Made by a program: the position numbers and the translations under genes. A stretch of DNA of 64,000 nucleotides from Candidatus Latescibacterota bacterium (lineage in GTDB: Bacteria; Latescibacterota; UBA2968; GCA-2709665). Within the stretch, counting starts at the first letter, position 1. Every line of letters begins with the position of its first letter. Positions 9,137 to 18,350 of the stretch are shown piece by piece. The notes beneath the pieces are model-generated. The model saw only the letters and a list, made by a program, of their open reading frames with translations, searched no databases and had not been told where the DNA came from. Location of the stretch: contig OZ244744.1 in assembly GCA_965219455.1 (NCBI GenBank), positions 4,672,001 to 4,736,000 of the forward strand, read 5' to 3'.

Positions 9137-11251
9137 TCAATAATCCCCTCGGTTTGATACGAGCGGCCGTTCCAATCCGAACAGCCCGAAAAGTTCATCA
9201 CTGTTCAACTGGGCGGACAGATCCATCGACACGTCGTCGATGAGTTGGTTAAACAGTTCCCGTTTGTTCTCCAGAATATCGTCAATACGCTCCTCAATGG
9301 TTCCGATGCAGGAATACTTGATGACGTTGACTTTGACCGTCTGGCCGATGCGGTGGCTTCGGTCTTCGGCTTGACTTTCTACGGCGGGGTTCCACCAACG
9401 GTCCAGGTGAATCACGTAGGACGCCTCCTGCAGGTTCAATCCCAAACCGCCCGCCCGCAGCGACAGTACCAACACTTTGTGTTCGCTGCAGGTCTTGAAT
9501 CGTTCGATGATTTCGGCTCGCTCCTGCGGAGGCAAGTCTCCGGTGATGGTAAGCGGAATGAAATCCCGCATTTGGTTGGCCACGGCCCCCACGCCGGATG
9601 TGTCGCTGACGTACTGCGAGAAGATCAGCGTCTTGTGTCCCTGTGCTACCAGTTGGTCCACGCGGTCCTTGATGTCTGCCAATTTGCTGGATTCACCGGT
9701 CATTGGGTCGGCGTTGCAGATTTGCTTCAAGCGAGTGATGAGCTCAAGCACGTGCCGCACGTTGACTTCCGCGCCAAGAGACTTCAGGTAGACGATGCCT
9801 TCCTGTTCGGCCTTATCGTAGCTCTTGCGTTGGCGGGAGCCCAACTCGATGTCTACCTTCGTGACCTGCTTGACGGGAAGGTCTTTCAAGACCTCCGCTT
9901 TTTTGCGTCGAACCTGCAACTCACGATGACGCCGCTGCAATTCCACACCTGGATGGTACCATTTTCTTACACCAGTGTGGTCATAGTCAACGAACTCCAG
10001 TATCGAGGCCAACTCCTCTTCGCGATTCTCCATAGGGGTGCCGGTCAGAGCCCAGGAGCGGTTTCTTTTCAGCCCTTTCAGCGCATCGCTCGTATCGTTG
10101 CGGTTCTTGATCCTCTGAGCCTCGTCGGCTACCACAACGTCCCAGTTTTTGCGACCCACCAGAGCTTGGGTGCTGAAGTCAGACCGCAGGGTATCGTAAC
10201 TCACGAGTGTTATTTCTTTCTCGGCATGCCACTGCCAACTGCGGTCCGATACCGAACCACGGATGATGATGGCGGAAAGCTCAGGCGCCCATTTTTCGAT
10301 TTCGCGCCGCCACTGGTTCAGCACGCTTGCAGGAGCCGTGATCAAGCACGATTTGATTTCGCGACGTGCGCGGAGAATCCGTAAGGCTGTGATCGCCTGT
10401 ACGGTTTTACCCAGGCCCATGTCGTCGGCCAACAGCAGCCGGCGGTTTTCCAGCAAAGCCCGGACACCCTGCTGCTGGAAGGGCATCAAGTCACCGGCCC
10501 AATGCAGCGGGACCGCTCGGAAAGGTTCCGGCGGATTGGCCAGAACGGTCCACAGACGTTCGGCCAGAGTTGCGTCGGCTCCTGGGCCTGAACTTGCCTT
10601 ATGGACGTTCTCACGAATTGCCGGGTAATCGCTGGTGGGATATCCGGGGCGTTCGGGCAATGAAGATAAGCTCACTACAACGGCCAAACCTGAAAGGTCG
10701 GTGACAGCGTGAATCCGATCGTCGTCAAACGCTACGTCCAATCCTGCAGTCGCCCGTTCGAAAGGTTCAGCGGGATTGCCCCGGTCCAGTATCTCTACGA
10801 GAAGTTGGCTCGCTTCGGTATCCGGAGTGGGTTTTTCCGTAACCCAATGCAAATCATAACCCTCGTTATACGGGTCGGCCGATTCGCCATTGGGCCGAAC
10901 ACCGGATGTTGCGATACGGCAAAAGGGAACCTGTACCTTTATTTCTTCGTTGATCGATCCATGAGGTACTTCATCGGCCCGGGCGAGTAACAACGTCGGC
11001 ACAGTTGTGACAGCTCTGAGTAGTGATCCTGCCAGCGATTGCAAGATTTCCGGCTTGACGATTGCAAGTTGTCCACCAGACCCCGAGCAGACCGTCCGGG
11101 TGAAGCAAAAATCCAGGGGTTCACCCTGTGCGGACGTCTCGAATAGCGCCGCCCGTACGCCTTTACCGCCCTTTTCTTCGACGAACCGTAGCCAGGCCAC
11201 CGCGCCGGATCCCGTATTCACCGATTTCAGTTCATTGAAAAGTTCCGGCAA
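9137..11251 (-). CDS. SNF2-family (SF2) helicase/ATPase with an uncharacterised N-terminal domain
   Basis: LLADDMGLGKT, DEAQRIKN, LTGTPMEN, AGGLGLNL, DRWWNPAVESQAEDRSHRIGQ; about 245 aa N-terminal extension. Confidence 0.93.
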   Translation of the reverse strand: MPELFNELKSVNTGSGAVAWLRFVEEKGGKGVRAALFETSAQGEPLDFCFTRTVCSGSGGQLAIVKPEILQSLAGSLLRAVTTVPTLLLARADEVPHGSINEEIKVQVPFCRIATSGVRPNGESADPYNEGYDLHWVTEKPTPDTEASQLLVEILDRGNPAEPFERATAGLDVAFDDDRIHAVTDLSGLAVVVSLSSLPERPGYPTSDYPAIRENVHKASSGPGADATLAERLWTVLANPPEPFRAVPLHWAGDLMPFQQQGVRALLENRRLLLADDMGLGKTVQAITALRILRARREIKSCLITAPASVLNQWRREIEKWAPELSAIIIRGSVSDRSWQWHAEKEITLVSYDTLRSDFSTQALVGRKNWDVVVADEAQRIKNRNDTSDALKGLKRNRSWALTGTPMENREEELASILEFVDYDHTGVRKWYHPGVELQRRHRELQVRRKKAEVLKDLPVKQVTKVDIELGSRQRKSYDKAEQEGIVYLKSLGAEVNVRHVLELITRLKQICNADPMTGESSKLADIKDRVDQLVAQGHKTLIFSQYVSDTSGVGAVANQMRDFIPLTITGDLPPQERAEIIERFKTCSEHKVLVLSLRAGGLGLNLQEASYVIHLDRWWNPAVESQAEDRSHRIGQTVKVNVIKYSCIGTIEERIDDILENKRELFNQLIDDVSMDLSAQLNSDELFGLFGLERPLVSNRGDY

Positions 11252-11286
11252 TTCAGTATACCCCAGGAAGGAGAAGTGGTCCGCTT

Positions 11287-12555
11287 CTAATCAGTGTCGT
11301 CCCTGGACTCTCGTTCGAGGTCGACGTTCTCTGCATAGGGGTGTCGGAACTCCTCGCCCTCGGTGTTGGGCTGGTAGTCGGGATAGCGCCGCATCAAATC
11401 CCATTCGTTGATGGCTGCGCGGACCTTGTAGCGCATCCGGTTCTGATACCCGGCGCCGCCGGCCCTTATTGGCACCGGCGGAGCATCCCAGCCGTAGGCG
11501 TCGGTGTAGAGTCTCCGTAGATTCTCCATGGTCGGTAGAACGTCCGCGTCGGTTGGTGGATTCAACGGCGAACATCCTCGTACGAGCAATTCCATACCGA
11601 TTTCGGCGTCTGACTTCGAAATCTTGAAACGTTCCGTACTATCCATCTTTGGCACCACGTAATCGCGGTCTTTTTTTCCATCCGTGATGATTGCGGAAGC
11701 AAAATCGTCGGTGACGGAGCCCACGGTTCTCAGCCCGGGATACGACCCGCTGGCCGCCTGTCCCAGCCAGCGAGCCAGCTCGGCGTAAGACCTTCCCCGT
11801 TGCAGGAGAGTGTACGAACCGACGAGTTCGATCTCGTCCAGCAGCACCACCCAGCCCCGGTAACCAGCAGCCTTGATCAGCTGGACGGCGAAACGGAGAC
11901 GCTGGGGCGGCAGGTCGGCGGCTCTGGGCGCTCGGAAAGAGTAACTCTGCTTTTGCCCTATCTGCCTGAGGCCATTCTTGACCCGGGAAATGTAGATTCT
12001 GTCGCCCGCCCAGAAGTTCTCGATCTCGCTGTTCAGTTCGAAATCGCGCGACCGTTCGTGAACAAGCAGACTGGCCGGGAACATCTGGCTCAGCCCATTA
12101 GCGCCGGTGTCGTTTGCCCACTTGAAGAAGCTGGCGTATTCTTGTGAATCGGGCTTCAACGCCTGTCCCAGTTCCTCCATCAACCGGCCGGTGCGGTCGG
12201 GCATCTGGGCGTTATCCACGGCCGACTTGAATACCTTGCCCAGGTCGTATAGCGGCGTCTCCTTGCTGATGGTCACCTTGCTACAGACGAATCCCTGGGA
12301 AAGGGCCCGATCTTCCAGGTGAGTAAGCAGGTGAGACTTGCCGGAGCCGAAATCCCCGGAGACCAGCATTCCCAAAGTGCCGGTCGAAAGGTCAACACCT
12401 TTCGTAGCTCCGGTCAACATACCTTCGAATTGACCTTCAGCCTCCGCCTGGTTGCAGCCCAATAGCTTCACAGCGTCCCTGTTGGGTACGCCGTTTCGGA
12501 GGGCCTCAAGGGCCCGCCTGGAGGCGAATTTGTGTCTATCGGCGCAAACTGCCAC
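11287..12555 (-). CDS. BrxD-like (DUF2791) P-loop ATPase
   Basis: RRALEALRNGVP N-terminus, Walker A GDFGSGKS, SKETPL, Walker B GYRGWVVLLDEIE. Confidence 0.85.
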   Translation of the reverse strand: MAVCADRHKFASRRALEALRNGVPNRDAVKLLGCNQAEAEGQFEGMLTGATKGVDLSTGTLGMLVSGDFGSGKSHLLTHLEDRALSQGFVCSKVTISKETPLYDLGKVFKSAVDNAQMPDRTGRLMEELGQALKPDSQEYASFFKWANDTGANGLSQMFPASLLVHERSRDFELNSEIENFWAGDRIYISRVKNGLRQIGQKQSYSFRAPRAADLPPQRLRFAVQLIKAAGYRGWVVLLDEIELVGSYTLLQRGRSYAELARWLGQAASGSYPGLRTVGSVTDDFASAIITDGKKDRDYVVPKMDSTERFKISKSDAEIGMELLVRGCSPLNPPTDADVLPTMENLRRLYTDAYGWDAPPVPIRAGGAGYQNRMRYKVRAAINEWDLMRRYPDYQPNTEGEEFRHPYAENVDLERESRDDTD

Positions 12556-12569
12556 TGCCTTCCACCTTC

Positions 12570-13538
12570 CTATGTCAGCCGCACCAGGGATGCGACCGGA
12601 TTTACCCGGTTCCTATCGCGAACATCGTCCATCACCCGGGTGCGCAGGGCCTCATATATCCCGTAGCCCCGGGACCTGCGATCGCCACTGTCGTCGAGGA
12701 AATCGCTGTTGGTTACGACCACCAGTACCGTGCTCGTCAACCGGTCAGCGCCGTCGACAAATTCCCGCAGTAACTCGTAGTGTTCCATCGCCATGGCTCT
12801 GGTGTAGTAGCGCAGACCGTCCCTCGGATTTCTAGCCACCGTTACGCGAGCGTTGTCAAACAATACTACAGTTCCGGAGTGCCCTACCTGATGAATCCAG
12901 TAGAGGGCCGATTCGATGAAGTATCGGGCCGTGTTGCGATTGATACTGGTGTAGATGGAAAAGGGACGGACGCCGCTGATTCGCGTGTTCTCGCCCGTCA
13001 GCCACTCCAGGAGCGGCTCGCCAGTGTATCCGCCACGGCTGTATTCTTCCGTGCAAAGATGGCTCATACACACCCGGAAATCTCTCGCCATTTTCGTGTT
13101 CCTGAAGACAGCGTTCTGAATCATCGGCCTCAGGTTTCCGATCACGAACTCCGATTCGAGACCGTTGACCGTCGCGATGGCGTCGAAGACGTTGCCGTCC
13201 ACGCCGGGGCGGATTCCACCAATCTGGTAGTCCTGCTCGGCGGCCAGCTTCAGGATCATACGACGAGCCAGCAGCCGCCAATCGACCTGGCTGGCGATCC
13301 TGAAGAAGAAGTCCTGCGGCATGTGCGCCCGCATCGTCTCTGCGTTCAGTTTAATGAAAAGATAGTCCAACTCATGGCAGCTTGCCTCCATTCTTGCGTA
13401 CAAACCAGCCCTGGAACCCTCGTTTGATGGCACTGCGAACTTGATCGACGCGCCGCCACCGCGGACAAACGACGAAAGGTACTCTTCGTTAATGACCTGA
13501 ATCCAGTCCTTGAGAGAGATGGAAATTGTGTTGTGCAT
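12570..13538 (-). CDS. BrxD-like paralog with degenerate Walker motifs
   Basis: GGASIKFAV-PSNEGSRA at the P-loop position (no GKS/T); GHSGTVVLFDNARV at Walker B; YELLREFVD and YEALRTRV are typical of DUF2791 C-terminal motifs. Confidence 0.75.
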   Translation of the reverse strand: MHNTISISLKDWIQVINEEYLSSFVRGGGASIKFAVPSNEGSRAGLYARMEASCHELDYLFIKLNAETMRAHMPQDFFFRIASQVDWRLLARRMILKLAAEQDYQIGGIRPGVDGNVFDAIATVNGLESEFVIGNLRPMIQNAVFRNTKMARDFRVCMSHLCTEEYSRGGYTGEPLLEWLTGENTRISGVRPFSIYTSINRNTARYFIESALYWIHQVGHSGTVVLFDNARVTVARNPRDGLRYYTRAMAMEHYELLREFVDGADRLTSTVLVVVTNSDFLDDSGDRRSRGYGIYEALRTRVMDDVRDRNRVNPVASLVRLT

Positions 13539-14338
13539 CAGTCATCCCTCGTAAATCGAATGCCGAAGTACTTGATGTCCTGGCCCTGTGGCCCCACAAA
13601 GGTGAATACGTTTCTGGCGCCCCGGGTGCCCGTGGATGCGTGGAAAAATACTCTGGCGCCTGACGTCGTCTTTGTAACTCCGCTTGTCTCCAACTGGTAA
13701 AGGTCACGGGCAAAGTCAATTTGAGCATAATCTCGTCCGGTACCCGGCAGAGAGGTGAACAACCTGTAGATTCTTGCCAAAAGTACCACGCGCCCGGAAC
13801 CGCCCTTCATGAGTCCATCCGAAGCATCTTCCTTCACAAGCTCCAGGTAAACCCTGTACAGGGCTTCCAAAAACCGTTTAGCCGAGAAGCGGCTGCGCTT
13901 CCTCTGATTCGCGATCAGCAGATCGACCAGGTAGGACGGCTTAATGGTCGAGATCTTCTTGTTGTCGATTCGGACCGCCTCATCCTCGGTTAAAATTCGC
14001 AAGGTGGACGGGTGTGAGATCAACTGCTTGTCCCGTTCATGGATTTCCAGGCCCCTTTCCGAGGCGGCACGACGCAGTTCGTCAATATAGCCACCCTTGA
14101 GGTATTCTTCCACTTCTTCATCTCCATAGGGCCAGGATTGGACAGCGTCTGACACCACCTGCGTCAGGTTCTCCAGGGCGTCGTTAAATCCGCCTCGGGA
14201 CTTCTTGATTGCAGCGATGTTACCCTCTTTGGCCGCCTTTTGCAGACGTCTGGTCAACTTCACCAGGTTGTTAGCGGATTGGAGGGCTGATTTCGCTGCA
14301 CTTTCGGAGTCGTCAAATGCTTGTCCGATACTGTCCAT
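13538..14338 (-). CDS. Hypothetical protein (N-terminal helical/coiled-coil, C-terminal alpha/beta domain), first gene of the operon
   Basis: 266-aa ORF; its stop overlaps the next start (TGATG). Confidence 0.8.
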   Translation of the reverse strand: MDSIGQAFDDSESAAKSALQSANNLVKLTRRLQKAAKEGNIAAIKKSRGGFNDALENLTQVVSDAVQSWPYGDEEVEEYLKGGYIDELRRAASERGLEIHERDKQLISHPSTLRILTEDEAVRIDNKKISTIKPSYLVDLLIANQRKRSRFSAKRFLEALYRVYLELVKEDASDGLMKGGSGRVVLLARIYRLFTSLPGTGRDYAQIDFARDLYQLETSGVTKTTSGARVFFHASTGTRGARNVFTFVGPQGQDIKYFGIRFTRDD

Positions 14339-14473
14339 ATTTTGTTTCCCGCGTTCGAAAGATCTGTCGAATCAGCGACATGATCAATGGTAGACACAGC
14401 TATCACCGGAATTTCTTCCTGTTCCCTCTTCATGAAAATAGCCGAAATTGCCCTCTGGCGGCGTGGTTTATTC

Positions 14474-14502
14474 AGCATATAGTATTACGTGCGTGTTGTC
14501 AA
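14474..14502 (-). promoter_or_regulatory. Sigma70-type promoter of the BrxD-like/SNF2 operon
   Basis: TTGACA-N17-TATGCT on the minus strand, about 135 nt upstream of the first gene. Confidence 0.65.
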
Positions 14503-14590
14503 GCAAATCGTTCGCAATTTCAGAAAAGGCGCAGCCGTCGTGGCCGCGCCTTGATTTCCCTCCGATGATGTCTGTGGACCTCTTGCCGGT

Positions 14591-15865
14591 CTAGTCGATC
14601 TTTCCGTGTCTGCGAAGCACGGCGTCGATATCAGCGACACCGGTTCGCTTCCTGGTTCCCTCGAACTTCACTCCCGCCTTAAGCAGTGCGTCGATCACGG
14701 CCGGATAGTCGGCCACCGGGTTCGGCGCATTGATCGCGAAATGCAGGGCCGTGCCAATCGCGGTGCCACCAAACTCGTTCCGCAATTCGATCGAGGGGCC
14801 GCGATCGAGGATCAGAGTCAGGGTGTCGAGATGTCCCTGGGCCGCGGCCCACATCAGGCCTGTCATCCCCCACGTGCCCTGTCCGTTCACGTCGGCGCCT
14901 TTTGCCAGCAGGTATTCGGCGACGTCCGTTCGTCCGAATCGACAGGCATCTTCAAACGCGGCTGCCAGATCGGCCTGAGACACACCGCACTCTTCAACGA
15001 ATTCCTTCGTCAGGTCCAACCGGCCCAGCCCCGCGGCCATCGCGACGTTCTTCACCTCCGCCCCCAGACGCACCAGGGCGGCTGCCGAATCGGGATATCC
15101 GAATTTTAACGCCAGGCGTACCGGCGCACCGTCTCCATTCACGCCATCCACCCTGGAACCCGCCTCCACGAATACCTCGATCAGTTCGGTCGCCACACCC
15201 ATATAGTGTGGATGAACACTGGTCACCAGCGCCAACATGGGCGTGTCTCCCGATTCGCCCGGCCCGCACAGGGCGTCCACCTCGGCGCCGGCACTAAGCA
15301 GAAACCGCGCGATCTCCGGCGCATTGGCGGGCGACCGCTGCCGAAAGTCCTCAATGCCGTTCGCGGCGAGATAGTAAACCAGGGTCGCCCGGTGAATCCG
15401 CGCCGAACGGGCGCAGACCAGGGCCGGATTACGGCGCAGGAGCGTCTGGAGCTTCGGAAGGTCCCCGTCGACCACCGCATCGGCCGCAACCTCGAACTCG
15501 GCCCCTTCATCGGTCTCGCGCGAGTCCCGGTCGATGAAGGTAGCAAATTCGTCCCAATTCACGAAGCTGTGGGCCCGCGCAATGAGAAATTGCGCGCCGG
15601 CAAGCCCGAATTCCCGGCCGCCCTTTCTCGCCTTCTCCTTCATTTCACGGGCGCCTTTTTCGACTTCGCCGATGGCCCGTTCGTAGCTGCCCCGCACGAA
15701 GTCCGTCAGGTCGGGTCCGGATAGACGGACAATCTCGTCGAACCAATCGTTGCAGAACTCCTTTAGCGCGCTGGTATTTTGGGACTGCGCCGAGTTGACA
15801 AGATCCTCGGCGCGTTTCACATATTGTGCAAGGTCGGGACGGGCTGGCAGCGGAAAGGTATCCAT
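14591..15865 (-). CDS. Ankyrin repeat protein
   Basis: Repeats such as GRTDVAEYLLAKGADVN, GMTGLMWAAAQGHLDTLTLIL; N-terminal LPARPDLAQY..AEDL and AQFLIARAHSF..W. Confidence 0.88.
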   Translation of the reverse strand: MDTFPLPARPDLAQYVKRAEDLVNSAQSQNTSALKEFCNDWFDEIVRLSGPDLTDFVRGSYERAIGEVEKGAREMKEKARKGGREFGLAGAQFLIARAHSFVNWDEFATFIDRDSRETDEGAEFEVAADAVVDGDLPKLQTLLRRNPALVCARSARIHRATLVYYLAANGIEDFRQRSPANAPEIARFLLSAGAEVDALCGPGESGDTPMLALVTSVHPHYMGVATELIEVFVEAGSRVDGVNGDGAPVRLALKFGYPDSAAALVRLGAEVKNVAMAAGLGRLDLTKEFVEECGVSQADLAAAFEDACRFGRTDVAEYLLAKGADVNGQGTWGMTGLMWAAAQGHLDTLTLILDRGPSIELRNEFGGTAIGTALHFAINAPNPVADYPAVIDALLKAGVKFEGTRKRTGVADIDAVLRRHGKID

Positions 15866-16319
15866 TGGTAGTTTCTCTCGTTAATTGGGGGTCCTTGTAC
15901 GAAGTCGGCGACTGTAATCTCTGTTCTATGGGCTATGCTTGCCGGTGGCAATTTAGCTCAATCGTTATTTGCCAAAACATCAAAACTGGCGATCGGCAGC
16001 TACGTGCCAGTATTCAGCCGACACCGGTTAGCGACACGGTCCGACGACTTCAATGGGAGATGAAAACACCAGGACGCGGCCGGAGGTTGTTTCTCCGCGT
16101 TATAAGGTCCAGCATCACCATCGTATTGCAATTCTTCCCTCGGGCGGCCGGTGGCGGTGAGGTGGGTTTGTTTGCGGCAGAATTCGCGCCGCTCACCATC
16201 AGCCTCGAACGCCAGAACCAGGCGTCCCTGGTTGTTCCGCATAAACCCTCGGAACAACAGGTAACCCGTTGCGCGGATGGTGGAATTCATCCGTTCCGCA
16301 GTCGAAATTCACGACCTTT

Positions 16320-16810
16320 CCCCAAATTCCCTGCCTTCGGCGAGTTCCTTTTGAAGCGACCAAAAGGAACCAAAAGTCGCCGCTAGGCGCGGGGCCGTAC
16401 CTATGCATGACGCGAACCTCGACTGTGGATGCACCGGACTTTCTGCCCTGTCACCCCTGGAGGGTACCGTAATCTGGAGTGGGACGGGACAGCGCGTCCT
16501 GCTCTGAGAGTCGTCCGGATGGGACTCGCCAACAAGCCCTATTGGCTCCCTGCCGACGAGTCGTATGTAAGTTATTCACGCGTTCCGGAGCGGCTTCGCC
16601 CCTCGATCGGCCGGTTGCGGAGATCGGGGTTTTTCCGTGTCATTCCGTACATCTCCGTAGGTCGGAAGTTCCTGGAACTCTCGTAGGGCGACCAATTTCC
16701 ATTTGTGCCCCTGAGGAGATTCACGGAAAAACCGGCTCCGCGCCGAGCGGCGCGGTTCTTTTTGGTCCTTTTTCTGCGAATAAGAAAAAGGACAAGGGAA
16801 TAGGGGACGT
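16320..16810. repeat. Structured intergenic element (about 490 bp) with imperfect inverted ends and terminal hairpins
   Basis: Hairpins GTTCCTTTTG/CAAAAGGAAC (16344-16370) and GTCCTTTTTCT/AGAAAAAGGAC (16765-16793); the right end recurs at 39150-39178 (28/29 identical). Confidence 0.55.
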
Positions 16811-17056
16811 CGGGGGGAGGTGGAACTTCAACCTAATGCTTAGCAGGCCCGGGCGCTGCGACGGAGCGAAACCGGTCCGGCATCAAGCTATACAATCCTG
16901 GTCCCTGTTTCAAGTTCTATACCACGTCCGCTTCAGGTATTCGAAACAATGTCCGCAGGACCCCATATTTTGCACATCTGCCCGTTGTAAGTCCGTTTCC
17001 GCAATTGGAATTACGAAGAATAGTGGTTTTGTAGCGATTTTGTTATATTGAAGTCT

Positions 17057-18334
17057 ATGAAAAGAGAAGACTACTATCGATGGGCTGAACGCGCCGCACA
17101 GTGGGGCGCCGGGTACCTGGCCACGCTAGAGGAGCGGCCGGTCCGGGCGCAGACCCGACCCGGCGAGATCGCCTCGATGCTGCCCCCGGCGCCGCCGGAA
17201 GCGCCGGACGACATGGAGACGATCTTTGCCGACTTCGAGCGCATCGTGCCGAACGGCATGACCCACTGGCAACACCCGCGCTTTTTCGCATACTTCCCTG
17301 CCAATGCGGCGCCGGCGTCGATGATTGCCGAGAATCTAACGGCAGTCATGGCGGCCCAGTGTATGCTCTGGCAGACCTCGCCGGCAGCCACTGAGATCGA
17401 GACGCGGATGGTCGACTGGATGCGCCAGGCGCTCGGGCTGCCGGAAGGGTTCCAGGGGGTGATCCAGGACACGGCAACGACGGCGAATCTCTGCGCGGTA
17501 CTGACAATGCGCGAGCGCGCACTGAACTGGAGAGGGATCGATTCTGGAATGGCGGGGGAGAAACCGCTCAGGATCTACGCCTCGCCGGAAACTCACTCGT
17601 CCATCGACAAGGCGGTACGGATCGCCGCGTCCGACCGGGTGGGCCCGGCCATCCAAGTCGCGCGAGCGTATGATCTCTACGTCCACGTCGACGCCGCGTG
17701 GGCCGGATCCGCGATGATCTGCCCTGAGCTACGGGAGTTATGGGACGGCGTCGAGGGGGCCGACAGTATCGTCTTCAATCCCCACAAGTGGCTCGGCGCT
17801 CAGTTCGACTGCTCGATCCAGTTTCTCGCGGACCCGGAACCGCAGGTCCGCACCCTGGGCATTCGGCCGGAATATCTCCAGACACTCGGCCAGTCCGAGA
17901 TTACCAACTATAGCGAGTGGACGATCCCCCTGGGGCGCAGGTTCCGGGCTCTCAAGCTCTGGTTCCTGCTCCGCGCCCATGGGCTGGAAGACCTCCGCCT
18001 GCGGATCCGGAACCATATCACGTGGGCCGAGGAGGCCGCGGCGGCGATCTCATCGCTGGACGGCTTTCGCCGGACGACGGACCCCCGACTGTCGCTCTTC
18101 ACGTTCCAATACGCGCCCGACGGCGAGGATGCCAACGCCGCCACCGAGCGCCTGCTGCGCACGGTCAACGACGACGGTCGAATATATCTCACGCATACGA
18201 TCCACGAGGAACAGTTCGTCATCCGCTTCCTGGTCGGACAGTTCGACTGTCGGAGGGAGGATGTGCTCCTGGCGGTCGACGTGCTGCGGGAGTTGGCCTC
18301 AGGCATCAACCCCCGTGCCCGATACGGACGTTGA
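17057..18334 (+). pseudogene. PLP-dependent (aromatic-L-amino-acid type) decarboxylase with an apparent in-frame internal deletion
   Basis: THWQHPRFFAYFP, SPAATE, HVDAAWAG, FNPHKW, GRRFRALKLW; HSSIDKAVRIA runs directly into ASDRV, skipping the segment normally found between them. Confidence 0.75.
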
Positions 18335-18350
18335 TATGGACCCATAGCGA

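Noticed and set aside
9245-10384. 379-aa plus-strand ORF
   Set aside because: Antisense to the SNF2 helicase; no recognisable protein signal
9137-14338. Calling the operon a canonical BREX system
   Set aside because: No pglX, pglZ, brxC/pglY, brxA or brxB in the window, and the helicase is SNF2 rather than Lhr-like
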